Below, one piece after another: positions 20,460 through 30,758 of a stretch of DNA of 59,028 bases (the stretch's first letter is position 1; every line of letters begins with the position of its first letter). The position numbers and the translations under genes were made by a program. Source of the stretch: Holosporales bacterium (lineage in GTDB: Bacteria > Pseudomonadota > Alphaproteobacteria > UBA3830 > JAIRWN01); NCBI GenBank assembly GCA_031268985.1, contig JAIRWN010000031.1, positions 1 through 59,028 of the forward strand. Reading direction: 5' to 3'. The notes below the pieces were generated by a model, which had not been told where the DNA came from, did no database searches, and saw only the letters and a program-made list of their open reading frames with translations.

Positions 20460-21623
20460 CTAACTTTCATTCCATGTCGGACTCATAGATCTGAGCTTTC
20501 TTACATTTTCTACTATTTTTTCGGCTACATATGCAGCTTCGCTTTCAGTGGTAAACCTTCCAAAACCAAATCTTATTGCCGTATGAACTAAATCGTCTCT
20601 AATCCCAATTGCTTTAAGGACGTGAGATGGCTCCAGAGTATCAGAAGTGCATGCCGATCCGGACGAAATTGCAATCCCTGGCATCGACATCATAAGGCTT
20701 TCACCTTCCACTCCGGCAAAAGAAATGTTCAAATTATGAGGGACTCGTCTGTTTTTATGGCCATTAAGATATATTTGCGTAAGATTTTGCGTAATATGCT
20801 CGAAAAACATGGATTTTATGCTCTCTATTTTCTGATTAACTTCGTGCATTTCTTCGCGAATAAGTTCGCACGCTTTTCCAAGTCCAACACAAAGCGGAAC
20901 GGGTATTGTTCCCGGAGCAAGTTTGCGTTCCTGTCCTCCGCCGAAGATTAAAGGATTGACTCTTATCTTTGGGATCGATCTGATATACATGGCGCCAATT
21001 CCTTTGGGCCCATACATCTTATGTCCGGACAAGGTTAGTATTGCTATATTGTCCTTTACGACGTCTATATCAATCTTTCCCACCGCTTGAGCGGCGTCAG
21101 TATGGAAAATCACACCTCTCGACCGGCAAATTTCACCAATTTCGCGTATTGGCTGAATTGTTCCTATTTCATTATTCACCGCCATTACGGATACTATTAC
21201 GGTCTTATCGTTAATAAGGCGGCTTATTGAATTCGGTGATACAATACCGTCAGAATCCGGGTCTATGTAACTGATTTCAAAGCCATTTTCATGAAGAAAC
21301 TTACATGACTCCAACACGCATTTGTGCTCGATAGAGGAAGTTATGATATGGTTTTTATCCCGTTCATAAAATCTTGCACAGCCAATAATAGCGGTATTTG
21401 CGGCAATAGTCGCTCCCGAGGTAAATACTATATCTTTTCCTTGCGCTCCGATAATTTTGGCAACTTGTTCCCGAGCTTTTTCTACTGCCGTACTGGCTTG
21501 ATATCCAAATTCATGATCTGACGTTGGGTTGCCATAGTCCTCGCAAAAATAGGGGATCATAGCCTCCACAACGCGAGGATCGCACCGAGTTGTAGCTTGA
21601 TTGTCAAGATAAATTTTCTTCAT
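20460..21623 (-). CDS. Cysteine desulfurase (NifS/IscS family, PLP-dependent)
   Basis: 387 aa with the SGHKMYGPKGIGAMY PLP-lysine motif and the SSGSACTS catalytic Cys loop. No iscU/iscA gene is adjacent. Confidence 0.85.
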   Translation of the reverse strand: MKKIYLDNQATTRCDPRVVEAMIPYFCEDYGNPTSDHEFGYQASTAVEKAREQVAKIIGAQGKDIVFTSGATIAANTAIIGCARFYERDKNHIITSSIEHKCVLESCKFLHENGFEISYIDPDSDGIVSPNSISRLINDKTVIVSVMAVNNEIGTIQPIREIGEICRSRGVIFHTDAAQAVGKIDIDVVKDNIAILTLSGHKMYGPKGIGAMYIRSIPKIRVNPLIFGGGQERKLAPGTIPVPLCVGLGKACELIREEMHEVNQKIESIKSMFFEHITQNLTQIYLNGHKNRRVPHNLNISFAGVEGESLMMSMPGIAISSGSACTSDTLEPSHVLKAIGIRDDLVHTAIRFGFGRFTTESEAAYVAEKIVENVRKLRSMSPTWNES

Positions 21624-21717
21624 GCCGATTGTTTTTAACGGATAAATGTAGTATTCTCAAGCGTAGTTAGTAGTTGCGTTTTTTATATCAGCCTAAATTA
21701 ATATAGGGAGATTATAA

Positions 21718-22401
21718 ATGCCAGAGGTAATTTTTGACGGGCCATGCGGCCGGATTGAGGGTGTATATCACCATAATCCTTCGCCGTCCGCTCCCTTGGC
21801 GATAGTTTTGCATCCGCATCCCCAGCATGGCGGCACCATGAATAACAAAGTAGTTTTCACATTATACAGGGCGTTCGCCGATTCCGGATTCTCAGTTGTC
21901 AGATTCAACTTTCGTGGCGTTGGAAGGTCTGAAGGAGAATGCGGGAAGGGTGATGGAGAAATTATTGATGCAACAGCAGCTTTGGATTGGATTCAAATGA
22001 TTAATCCTGGCCAACGCGACCTTTGGGTAAGCGGTTTTTCTTTTGGTGGGTGGATAGCCATGCAAATACTTATGCGTCGCCCGGAAATCAGAAATTTTGT
22101 TACCGCTGCCCCCCCGGCAAATCTCTACGATTTTAATTTCTTGGCTCCTTGTCCGGCATCCGGAATTATCATTCAGGGTGCAGACGACAATATCGTCTCT
22201 GTCGAAGATGTAACGAAATTGGTAAACAAAATACACTCTCAAAAAAGAGTGGTTCTGGACTATGTGGTTATGGAAAACGCAGACCATTTTTTTAGTGGAA
22301 AGTTGGATATACTTGCCGACCGCGTAAAAGAATATCTGTTGCGTGAGCTAGTCGTCGCCAAAGCACAATTAAAACAGGGAAAGACCGCCAATGTCTCGTA
22401 A
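21718..22401 (+). CDS. Alpha/beta-fold hydrolase (COG2945-like)
   Basis: 227 aa with HPHPQHGGTMNNKVV, RFNFRGVGRSEG and the nucleophile elbow GFSFGG. Confidence 0.65.
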   Translation: MPEVIFDGPCGRIEGVYHHNPSPSAPLAIVLHPHPQHGGTMNNKVVFTLYRAFADSGFSVVRFNFRGVGRSEGECGKGDGEIIDATAALDWIQMINPGQRDLWVSGFSFGGWIAMQILMRRPEIRNFVTAAPPANLYDFNFLAPCPASGIIIQGADDNIVSVEDVTKLVNKIHSQKRVVLDYVVMENADHFFSGKLDILADRVKEYLLRELVVAKAQLKQGKTANVS

Positions 22402-23662
22402 TTTTAGCTCTTCGTTTTTACAAGAAGCCTACGAGCGCGGGTTCGTTTATCAGTGCACCGATATTGATGGGTTGGATGAACTTTTATCAAAAGAAAAGGT
22501 GACATTTTACATTGGCTGTGACGCCACAGCTGACAGCTTTCATGTGGGGCATCTTGTTCAGATTTTGATGCTTAGACTGCTCCAAAAACATGGGCACAGG
22601 CCCGTACTTCTTATAGGGGGTGCGACAACGAAGATCGGCGACCCTTCCGGACGCGACAATGCTAGGCCTACGCTTACCGATCAGGAAATCGCATATAATA
22701 CGGATGGTCTTAGAAAATGCCTTGAGCCATATATACAGTTTGGCGACGAGTTGGGCAACGCGCTACTGGTAAACAACGCAGATTGGCTGGATAAGCTGAG
22801 TTATATCCATTTCTTGAAGGGCACCGGTCGATATTTTTCTGTCAACAGAATGCTTACATTTGATACTGTCAAATCTAGATTAGAGCGCGAGCAGCCGCTA
22901 AGTTTGCTTGAGTTTAATTATATGATCATGCAAGCATACGATTTCCTTGAATTGTTTGATCGGCACTCTTGTAAGCTACAAATTGGAGGTTCTGATCAAT
23001 GGGGGAATATTGTGTGCGGGACTGATTTGATCCGCCGCGCAAGATCTACAAATGTTTACGGGTTGACCACTCCGCTGCTTTCTACTAGCGACGGCAAGAA
23101 GATGGGCAAAAGCGCAGATGGGGCGGTTTGGCTGTGTGCAGACAAGCTTTCCCCTTATGATTTTTGGCAATATTGGCGTAACGTCGACGATCGTGATGTG
23201 GGTCGGTTTTTACGTTTGTTTACCGACCTTCCGCTTGATGAGATTTGCCGCTTAGAACAGCTTCAAGGGCAAAGTCTAAATGATGCGAAAATAATTCTGG
23301 CAGACGAAATCACAAGGCTTACTCATGGCCGTGAAACTCTTGAGACTGTAAGAACTACAACGCAAAGCCTTTTTGGTGAAGGGGCTATGATAACAGCCGG
23401 CGAGCTTCTCAGCGGCCCGATATATGAAATGGAGCGAGAGTCCACCATCGGTCGTGAGTCGATAGTCGACCTCTTTGTAAAGACCTGCTTGGTCTCCAGC
23501 AGAAGTGAGGCGCGTCGCCTGATAAAAGGGAAGGGCGCATACCTCAATGATCAGCCTGTCTTGGACGATATCCTTATCATCAAAGACGAGCACTTCGACG
23601 AAAATTCTACTTTACGGCTGTCCGCAGGGAAAAAAAGAATAGCCGTTGTAAAGCTGATATAG
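22391..23662 (+). CDS. tyrS: Tyrosine--tRNA ligase
   Basis: 423 aa with HVGH (HIGH) and KMGKS signatures and a C-terminal S4-like domain. 11-nt overlap with the preceding gene. Confidence 0.92.
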   Translation: MSRNFSSSFLQEAYERGFVYQCTDIDGLDELLSKEKVTFYIGCDATADSFHVGHLVQILMLRLLQKHGHRPVLLIGGATTKIGDPSGRDNARPTLTDQEIAYNTDGLRKCLEPYIQFGDELGNALLVNNADWLDKLSYIHFLKGTGRYFSVNRMLTFDTVKSRLEREQPLSLLEFNYMIMQAYDFLELFDRHSCKLQIGGSDQWGNIVCGTDLIRRARSTNVYGLTTPLLSTSDGKKMGKSADGAVWLCADKLSPYDFWQYWRNVDDRDVGRFLRLFTDLPLDEICRLEQLQGQSLNDAKIILADEITRLTHGRETLETVRTTTQSLFGEGAMITAGELLSGPIYEMERESTIGRESIVDLFVKTCLVSSRSEARRLIKGKGAYLNDQPVLDDILIIKDEHFDENSTLRLSAGKKRIAVVKLI

Positions 23663-23833
23663 CCGGCCCAGCGTCGCATGGCGTCATTTATATGTTTGGC
23701 TTAGTAGTGTGTTTTTATTGCAACATATGGTAAGAGAAAAGCGGCCACTCACTGCAAAGGCAGTCTTTTGTTATTGTTTTGGTAATATTTTCTCGATAGA
23801 GTCTCCTTTAGATCGGCAAAAGGAGTTTTGATT

Positions 23834-24334
23834 ATGAGATATTGTAGTGTAAGTCTTTTGTTGGCAGCGTCTTTGTTGATCGGATGCCAATCTGACAAAA
23901 GAGATGAGGGTGTTGCAGATGGTGGCTCTGCTGTGTTTGCAAAAGGGGCGAGTACCAATGACGCCAGTTTCGTTGCGACCGCAGGTGACCGAGTGTTCTT
24001 TGAGTTCGACAGTTCGTCTTTGACTCATGAGTCGCAGGCTACTTTGGTTCGTCAAGTTGAGTGGCTAATGCAGAACAAAAAGTCTAAAAATGTTCGCGTT
24101 GCTGTTGAGGGTCGTTGCGATGAGCGCGGCACGAGAGAGTATAACTTGGCCCTTGGAGAGCGTAGAGCAAGCTCTGTTAGGAATTTTCTCGTTGCTCATG
24201 GAGTTCCGGCAAGGTTGATTACTGTTGTTTCTTACGGTAAGGACAAGCCAATCGAGGTTAGAGGCGCTAATTCAGAGGACACTAAAGAAGAGTTCTGGCG
24301 CCAGAATCGCGTATCAATCACTGTTGTAGAATAA
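23834..24334 (+). CDS. pal: Peptidoglycan-associated lipoprotein (OmpA-family)
   Basis: Lipobox LLIGC and an OmpA-like domain (FEFDSSSL, GRCDERGTREYNLALGERRA, VSYGKDKP). AAGGAG SD lies 9 nt before ATG 23834; the ORF track begins at TTG 23828. Confidence 0.88.
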   Translation: MRYCSVSLLLAASLLIGCQSDKRDEGVADGGSAVFAKGASTNDASFVATAGDRVFFEFDSSSLTHESQATLVRQVEWLMQNKKSKNVRVAVEGRCDERGTREYNLALGERRASSVRNFLVAHGVPARLITVVSYGKDKPIEVRGANSEDTKEEFWRQNRVSITVVE

Positions 24335-24353
24335 GTTCATTTTTTTCTCCTGT

Positions 24354-24390
24354 CCCCTTTTGCGAATTTGCGAAAGGGGTTCTTTTTTTT
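24354..24390 (+). terminator. Rho-independent terminator of pal
   Basis: 10-bp stem (24354-24363 pairs with 24370-24379, one G.U), 6-nt loop, then TTC followed by T8. Confidence 0.75.
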
Positions 24391-24595
24391 GCAACGCACA
24401 AAATTGTGCAGTTTGTGCTTGCTAATATCTGCTGTAATTGGTTTTGTTGGCCTGATCATATATTGGCGGTTTCCTTTAGGCCACCTGTTTACTTAAGTTT
24501 AGGCTGTGTAATCAAAGTCATCGCGCGATGTTCTACCTTGCAACGGCGAAGATTTTTTGCACAAAATTTAACCTTATTCTTGATGAGCTTATTAT

Positions 24596-25855
24596 ATGTT
24601 TAACAAGAATATGAAAGTAGTTGTTCGCGGATTTTTTGAGCTGATCTTTGTATTGTTCTTGTTTTCGCCTCAGTATAAAAACGCTTTAACGATTTGGATA
24701 GAGCTGGACTTGACATTGCTACTTTCGATGTTGGTTTTGCCCTGCGGTTGTTATCTCACGGTAAAAGAATATCGGCAAAGACTAAGAAGCGACAATCGTT
24801 CAAAAATTTTAAAATTGTTATTTCTTGCGTTTGCAGGATGGTGCTGCTACCGGGCATTTGGTTTGCCGATAAAAGAGTATCCTTACAGCAAATTCTTATG
24901 TTTTCTGATATACACAATGCCTGCATTTTTTATTTCATATCTTATTATCGGCCGGTCGCAAGAGCGTTTGTACAGATTCATGCGCTTAACGTTGGTTTTT
25001 GCCGCTGCAATAAATTTTGAAGCACTTCGAGTTTTCCTTACGCAAATTGGTACAAGAATGGCGCTTAATAATGTGTTGGACAATAATTACCTGGTCGCCG
25101 GACAAACCATAGGAATAGGCATAATAACGCTAACCGGCATTTTACTTTCTAGATTTGTTGGCAATAAAAATATTGGGGCAAGCTACTGGGCAGAGCTAAT
25201 GCTGCTTACTTGCATGATTTATATGCAACTGAACCTTGGCGGCAGGGGGCCAGTGCTCTCCGGTTTGGTTGCGTTAATTGCTATGATTTGGTTAAAGTCG
25301 CTTACAACCAGTCCAGCAATTACTAAATCTATGCTAAAGCGCGTTTTTGTCTTTATTTTTGCCTTCGGCGTTTTTTATTTGTTGATAGAACTAATGTTTA
25401 AAATGGAAAAACAGTCGGCTTTTGTCGAGAGAATTAGGTATGACTACTTACAGAATGATGAATCGATCCTGCTAAGGTTGAAATACTATAAAAGCGCATG
25501 GACAATGTTTCTTGAACACTGTCTGATTGGCGTAGGCTTTGGCGGTTGGCCTTATCACCATGGTTTGGGCGACATGGAATGCCATCCTCATAACATATTC
25601 TTAGAAATAGCTTCCGAAACCGGCTTAGTCGGGTTAGTGCTGTTTTTTTCAATATTAATTGTGATCTTTTCGAGATTTACTGCAGAAAAGCTGCGATCGC
25701 TCCCACTTATGCAAACGTTTTTATGTGTATTTTTATTCTGTTTTGCTAACGCGCTTAAATCTGGCGACTTAAACGATAATATTGCTTTCTTTTGCTATAT
25801 GGGCGTTTTAGCCGGAATGTTTGAACGTTTCGATAAAAAAGTGACTCAAAATTAG
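24596..25855 (+). CDS. O-antigen ligase / O-antigen polymerase family (Wzy_C) membrane protein
   Basis: 419 aa and polytopic. It has the periplasmic-loop motif GVGFGGWPYHHG....HPHNIFLEIASETGLVGL typical of the WaaL/Wzy_C family. Confidence 0.75.
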   Translation: MFNKNMKVVVRGFFELIFVLFLFSPQYKNALTIWIELDLTLLLSMLVLPCGCYLTVKEYRQRLRSDNRSKILKLLFLAFAGWCCYRAFGLPIKEYPYSKFLCFLIYTMPAFFISYLIIGRSQERLYRFMRLTLVFAAAINFEALRVFLTQIGTRMALNNVLDNNYLVAGQTIGIGIITLTGILLSRFVGNKNIGASYWAELMLLTCMIYMQLNLGGRGPVLSGLVALIAMIWLKSLTTSPAITKSMLKRVFVFIFAFGVFYLLIELMFKMEKQSAFVERIRYDYLQNDESILLRLKYYKSAWTMFLEHCLIGVGFGGWPYHHGLGDMECHPHNIFLEIASETGLVGLVLFFSILIVIFSRFTAEKLRSLPLMQTFLCVFLFCFANALKSGDLNDNIAFFCYMGVLAGMFERFDKKVTQN

Positions 25856-26041
25856 ATTTATTATCTCTCTACTGTGATTTCACGTAAGAAACATGCATAT
25901 CATGGGTTACGGTTGTCTCAGCAAATGTGATTTGCAGGCAACATAACTATTGCTAATGGCTTATAAGTGGGGAAGTGTTGTGTAACTTTATTACCGTATA
26001 AATTGTATTATACGGGCAATATGGTTGTGGAGTTTTTGTAA

Positions 26042-26260
26042 GTGTCAAAAGATGACTTAATTGAGTTTGTCGGCGAAATTGTGGAAGTTCTTCCAAACAC
26101 GATGTTTCGCGTGAAGTTAGAAAACGGACATACGATTCTGGCTCATGCTTCTGGACGCATGAGGAAAAATAGAATAAAAGTGCTTGCTGGCGACAAAGTG
26201 CAAGTGGAAATGACTCCTTACGATCTTACTAAAGGCAGAATCACCTTTCGCGAAAAATAG
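26042..26260 (+). CDS. infA: Translation initiation factor IF-1
   Basis: 72 aa with a GTG start. [60 protein letters not shown] is canonical IF-1. Confidence 0.95.
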   Translation: MSKDDLIEFVGEIVEVLPNTMFRVKLENGHTILAHASGRMRKNRIKVLAGDKVQVEMTPYDLTKGRITFREK

Positions 26261-26486
26261 CGCTTCTCGGCTCTTTGGCGCATTTAAATATTTTGCTTTG
26301 TCCTTAAAAGGATCGCGAATGGGATTTGTAATACTTCTTCTGAAATTTTTAGTCAAGCAAACAAAATCCAGGTTAAAGCACGGTATGTTGTCTGTAGAAA
26401 TAGGAAACATTGTATTTATCGCGCTTGAAATATCTGTCGAATTGCAGTAAATTTAAGACTTATTGGTGTTTGTTTATGGGGTTGTT

Positions 26487-27809
26487 ATGTCCGCGCCCGT
26501 TATTGGCTATCCGTCCAAGATTGACTATAGTCAGTTTGATTCTACGAATCCAGATCCTGCGACAAAATATGGACTGCCCAAGGACGTAAAGTTTTGTAAA
26601 AAATGTACTCTTTCTAATCAGAGACCAATCGGTGTTTCGGAATTTAAAAATTTAGCCACATCTAAAAAGCAGGGAGTGGATTTCAGTGAAAAAGGGGTTT
26701 GTAGCCCATGTCTCATTGCGGAACAAAAGGCAAATGAAATATCCTGGAATGATCGTGAGCTGGAACTAAAAGAGCTTTGCGATCGTTTTCGAAGCAAAGA
26801 TGGCTCATATGACTGTATAGTTCCAGGATCGGGCGGAAAGGATAGCTTTTATGCGGCGCATATACTCAAATACAAGTATCATATGCATCCGTTGACCGTA
26901 ACATGGGCTCCGCATATTTATACCGAGTGGGGATGGCATAATTTCCGGTCTTGGCTCAATGCAGGATTTAGTAATGTTTTATATACTCCAAATCCGCGTG
27001 TTCACCGTTTATTAACTAGGTTAGCGTTAGACAAGTTACTGCATCCATTTCAACCTTTCGCGTTAGGGCAAAGATGTTTTCCGTCTAAGGTTGCTGCTGA
27101 GCTTGGTATTCCTCTTGTTTTTTATGGTGAACACGAGTCCGAATACAATAGTCCTATTTCTGAGGTGACAACAGCACAACGTGACTTTAGGTATTTTGTA
27201 GCCGACGATTTTAGTCAAATATATTTGAGCGGCGTATCAGTCGATCAGCTATTGAACGATTTCGGATTAACGCAAGGAGATCTTTCTATTTATTTTCCAA
27301 TAAAACTTGAAGAAATGAATACTAAAAAAATTGAGGTACATCATTTGGGTTATTATTTACGTTGGCATCCGCAGGGATGTTTTTACTATGCTGTTGAAAA
27401 TGGCGGCTTCAAGCCTTCACCGGAACGAACACCTGGCACGTACAGCAAATATAGCAGTATTGATGACAGAATAGACGATTATCATTTTTATACGACTTAT
27501 ATAAAATTTGGTATCGGACGAGCGACTTACGATGCGGCTCAGGAAATAAGAAATGGTGACATTAACCGGGAAGAAGGCGTCGCATTGGTCAAAAAATTTG
27601 ATGGAGAATGGCCTGAACGCTTTATGGATGAGATTTTCCGTTATTTAAGCATTACTCTTGAGGAATACCCAATCGCGTCTACTATGTTTGAGCAGCCCAT
27701 AATGGATAAGGAATATTTTATGAGGCTTTGTGATAATTTTCGTTCCCCGCACCTTTGGAAAAGGGAGGATGGAGAATGGCGTTTGCGCCATTCCGTTTTC
27801 AACGGTTAG
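26487..27809 (+). CDS. N-acetyl sugar amidotransferase (PP-loop ATP pyrophosphatase; WbpG/WbuX/PseA-like LPS protein)
   Basis: N-terminal Cys-rich segment (CKKCT...CSPC) and PP-loop PGSGGKDS. It is followed by the HisF/HisH paralogues characteristic of this module. ATG 26487 is preferred over TTG 26463. Confidence 0.75.
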   Translation: MSAPVIGYPSKIDYSQFDSTNPDPATKYGLPKDVKFCKKCTLSNQRPIGVSEFKNLATSKKQGVDFSEKGVCSPCLIAEQKANEISWNDRELELKELCDRFRSKDGSYDCIVPGSGGKDSFYAAHILKYKYHMHPLTVTWAPHIYTEWGWHNFRSWLNAGFSNVLYTPNPRVHRLLTRLALDKLLHPFQPFALGQRCFPSKVAAELGIPLVFYGEHESEYNSPISEVTTAQRDFRYFVADDFSQIYLSGVSVDQLLNDFGLTQGDLSIYFPIKLEEMNTKKIEVHHLGYYLRWHPQGCFYYAVENGGFKPSPERTPGTYSKYSSIDDRIDDYHFYTTYIKFGIGRATYDAAQEIRNGDINREEGVALVKKFDGEWPERFMDEIFRYLSITLEEYPIASTMFEQPIMDKEYFMRLCDNFRSPHLWKREDGEWRLRHSVFNG

Positions 27810-27816
27810 ACTCGTA

Positions 27817-28581
27817 ATGAGACCTTTCCGTCTTATTGCTAGACTGGACGTAAAAGGGCCGAATGTTGTCAAAGGCGTCCAGCTTGAAGGACTGAGGAAA
27901 ATAGGTAATCCGAATATTCTGGCTCAGCGTTATTATGTTGACGGAATTGACGAGATTCTTTATATGGATATTGTCGCAAGTCTTTATGAACGCAACAATC
28001 TGCTTGATATTGTCAAAGAAACAACAAAGGATGTGTTTATTCCTGTTACAGTTGGCGGTGGAGTCAGAACCCTCAGCGACGCGGCAGCGCTTTTAAGAGC
28101 TGGAGCCGATAAAATCGCCGTAAACACTGCCGCCTTGAAAAGACCTGAAATTTTGCACGAAATCAGCGACGCTTTTGGCGCGCAGTGCGTCGTTCTGTCA
28201 ATAGAAGCAAAGCGTGAATCAAATAGCAATTGGACGGCATATTATGACAATGGGCGAGAGAAAAGCGGTAAAAATGTTTTGGAATGGGCGCAACAGGCTT
28301 GCTCGTTAGGGGTTGGCGAAATATTATTGACGTCAGTCGATCAAGAAGGAACAGCGAAAGGGTTTGATTTGAAACTTGTTCAAGCAGTTACTGCGGCTGT
28401 ATCTGTTCCTGTAATAGCGTGTGGAGGTATGGGAAATATGGTTCATTTGACTGATCTTATAGAGAAAACCCATCCAGATGCTGTAGCAATGGCGCACGTA
28501 CTTCATTATGAAAAACTAACCATCTCCAGTATTCGTAAACACCTCAGCGGTCAAAAAGTTCCGGTTCGAGAAATATTTTAG
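27817..28581 (+). CDS. hisF: Imidazole glycerol phosphate synthase cyclase subunit paralogue (HisF-like, LPS-cluster type)
   Basis: RLIARLDVKGPNVVKGVQLEGLRKIGNP...DEILYMDIVAS...GGGVR...TSVDQEGT is collinear with HisF. ATG 27817 is preferred; the track ORF from 27730 overlaps the upstream gene by 80 nt. Confidence 0.85.
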   Translation: MRPFRLIARLDVKGPNVVKGVQLEGLRKIGNPNILAQRYYVDGIDEILYMDIVASLYERNNLLDIVKETTKDVFIPVTVGGGVRTLSDAAALLRAGADKIAVNTAALKRPEILHEISDAFGAQCVVLSIEAKRESNSNWTAYYDNGREKSGKNVLEWAQQACSLGVGEILLTSVDQEGTAKGFDLKLVQAVTAAVSVPVIACGGMGNMVHLTDLIEKTHPDAVAMAHVLHYEKLTISSIRKHLSGQKVPVREIF

Positions 28582-28582
28582 C

Positions 28583-29230
28583 ATGTCAACACAAGCGACT
28601 CTTGTCGATTACGGATTGGGAAATATGCTTAGCGTTCATCGGATGCTGGAACATTGCGGCGCTAAAGTAAATATAGCGGCGCTGCCCGATGATATTATTT
28701 CAGCTGAACGATTAGTTTTCCCGGGAGTTGGCGCTTTTGCGTCTGGTATGCAGGAACTTGCAAAACGAGGTATGATCGGCGCATTACGAGAATTCGCCCG
28801 CGGAGGTCGTCCTATCCTGGGTATTTGCTTAGGGATGCAATTATTTATGAGTATTGGCGAAGAATTCGGCGAACATGTGGGAATTAATATCATACCAGGC
28901 AGAGTGAAACAAATTCCTTCCGTAAATAATTTGAGGAATTCGGTTAAAATTCCCCATATTGGCTGGAACGCAATTGTCAATGAGCAAAACAAAGAATCTT
29001 GGGACAATGGTATTTTAAAGGGTATTCAACCGGGAGAGTTTGTTTATTTTGCCCATTCTTTTTACGTCGATCTTCGCGATAAGCAGCTCTGTATAGCGCA
29101 ATGCGTTTATGAAAACACTAGTATTCCTGCTGTTGTCCGGCTGAACAACATCCATGGCTGCCAATTCCATCCGGAAAAAAGCGGACCCGTCGGAATCAAA
29201 ATTATAAAAAACTTTTTGACTCTCGCGTAG
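28583..29230 (+). CDS. hisH: Glutamine amidotransferase subunit paralogue (HisH-like, LPS-cluster type)
   Basis: 215 aa with VDYGLGNMLSV, PGVGAF, the catalytic GICLGMQL, and GCQFHPEKSG. Confidence 0.85.
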   Translation: MSTQATLVDYGLGNMLSVHRMLEHCGAKVNIAALPDDIISAERLVFPGVGAFASGMQELAKRGMIGALREFARGGRPILGICLGMQLFMSIGEEFGEHVGINIIPGRVKQIPSVNNLRNSVKIPHIGWNAIVNEQNKESWDNGILKGIQPGEFVYFAHSFYVDLRDKQLCIAQCVYENTSIPAVVRLNNIHGCQFHPEKSGPVGIKIIKNFLTLA

Positions 29231-29310
29231 TTTTCCAGATTTAAGATCAGCTGAGTTGTTAGATTACTTCTTTTAACCGAAGGACAACTTTCTCAGCACT
29301 TTTAATTTAT

Positions 29311-30645
29311 TTAGAAAGAAAGTCTTGTTCCAAACACAATAAATGAGCCATGTGTTTCCATTTTGGATGATGCATCTTTATTCGTTGTAAAAGCCTCATT
29401 GTACCTTAATGCTGCCTCGCAGGTCTTTGTGTTTATATGATTAAACTCTCCGTAAAAAGCTAGGCCGCTCACATAATTATAATCAACCGTATATGAGAAC
29501 GCATGGCAAGTTGCTTTTTGCGATCTGCCAAACCCAGTGACTGTGTACATATATGCGGTCGCGAATTTCCACTTATCAAAAACATACGACACTCCGATAG
29601 TATACACTTTGCCGGCATCAGAGCCCGACATTGATCCGTCTTGTTCGCTTAGGGTGGTATTAAGCAAAGAATCTCCAAGATTCAAAAAACCTATACCGCA
29701 TGTCCAATCCTTATACCCAAAGGTCGCTCCTGTTTGATAAGCCATAAGCTTCTTTGCCTTATTTGCTTGTGATATTGTGCTGCCATCACTCCAAAGAGAA
29801 TCTTGTCCATTCCAGCCAACCAGAGAAACAGTCGTATGCCAGACGTCGTCGGAATAATCATATTGTACCCCTCCTGCAAACATGTTTTTCACAGTTGGAT
29901 ATAAGTTATTACCGGCAACAGGTATTGCGCTCCCATCATCGTATTGCCAAGCCACTCCGGCGGTATCGGCTTTACCTTTGGAACCGGCCATCTTATTATG
30001 GGGTGTATAAGAAATTCCAACGGTAAATCCTTTAACGCTGGGCGTTGAGTACGATATTGTCGATGCTCCTTGTATCTCATACGGCATATACGGTGAGGTA
30101 TTCGTTCCTATACAAGTTGTACACGCGCCGCCAAGGTATCCAGCAACCCCCTCTTGTCCGCCCAGTATAGCAGAAATCCCGTCAATGGACAGCTCACTCG
30201 CCGCAGAGCTGGACAGGGTTCCAATTTTTGCAGTACCATAGCAGTTGTTGCCTAAGTTAATGTAGGCGGTTGAAACGCTGGTCGCTGATTGGCCGGCATC
30301 TACGCCTAAAGATATTGTTGCGCCATATAGCAAGCCATTACGCGATGCGCCTGTAGCGTTTATATCAATACCTCCAGACGTAATGAAATAAACATTCTGT
30401 TGTTGAGTAGTGTTTTTTTCCAAGCCACCGACGCCAAAAAAGCCCATTCCTTGAAGCTGTCCGCCAATTTTTGTCGTTACAACTTCATCGCGATGGCTGT
30501 CGTCATTGGGATTCTGGTCATTTTCAGACTGTTGGGCTTGATCATCAACTTGCGGCTGCTGAGCAATTGCAAAAATAGGAATCAGAACTATTGTTAATAT
30601 CACTAAAAACTTACTTACAGGCCGTTTGTTATACATTAATACCAT
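29311..30645 (-). CDS. Outer-membrane porin (beta-barrel)
   Basis: 444 aa with a signal peptide and a Gln/Asp-rich linker. It has alternating aromatic/Gly beta-strand patterning and the C-terminal OMP signature ...FGTRLSF. Confidence 0.65.
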   Translation of the reverse strand: MVLMYNKRPVSKFLVILTIVLIPIFAIAQQPQVDDQAQQSENDQNPNDDSHRDEVVTTKIGGQLQGMGFFGVGGLEKNTTQQQNVYFITSGGIDINATGASRNGLLYGATISLGVDAGQSATSVSTAYINLGNNCYGTAKIGTLSSSAASELSIDGISAILGGQEGVAGYLGGACTTCIGTNTSPYMPYEIQGASTISYSTPSVKGFTVGISYTPHNKMAGSKGKADTAGVAWQYDDGSAIPVAGNNLYPTVKNMFAGGVQYDYSDDVWHTTVSLVGWNGQDSLWSDGSTISQANKAKKLMAYQTGATFGYKDWTCGIGFLNLGDSLLNTTLSEQDGSMSGSDAGKVYTIGVSYVFDKWKFATAYMYTVTGFGRSQKATCHAFSYTVDYNYVSGLAFYGEFNHINTKTCEAALRYNEAFTTNKDASSKMETHGSFIVFGTRLSF

Positions 30646-30758
30646 TCCAAAAAATACCTGCCAGCAAAGTAGGTAAAATTCGTTAAAATTTAATTAAATT
30701 TTTATATCTTTAACCGCAAACTACTTGAAGGTATATTTGCTTTACAAAAACTGACGTA

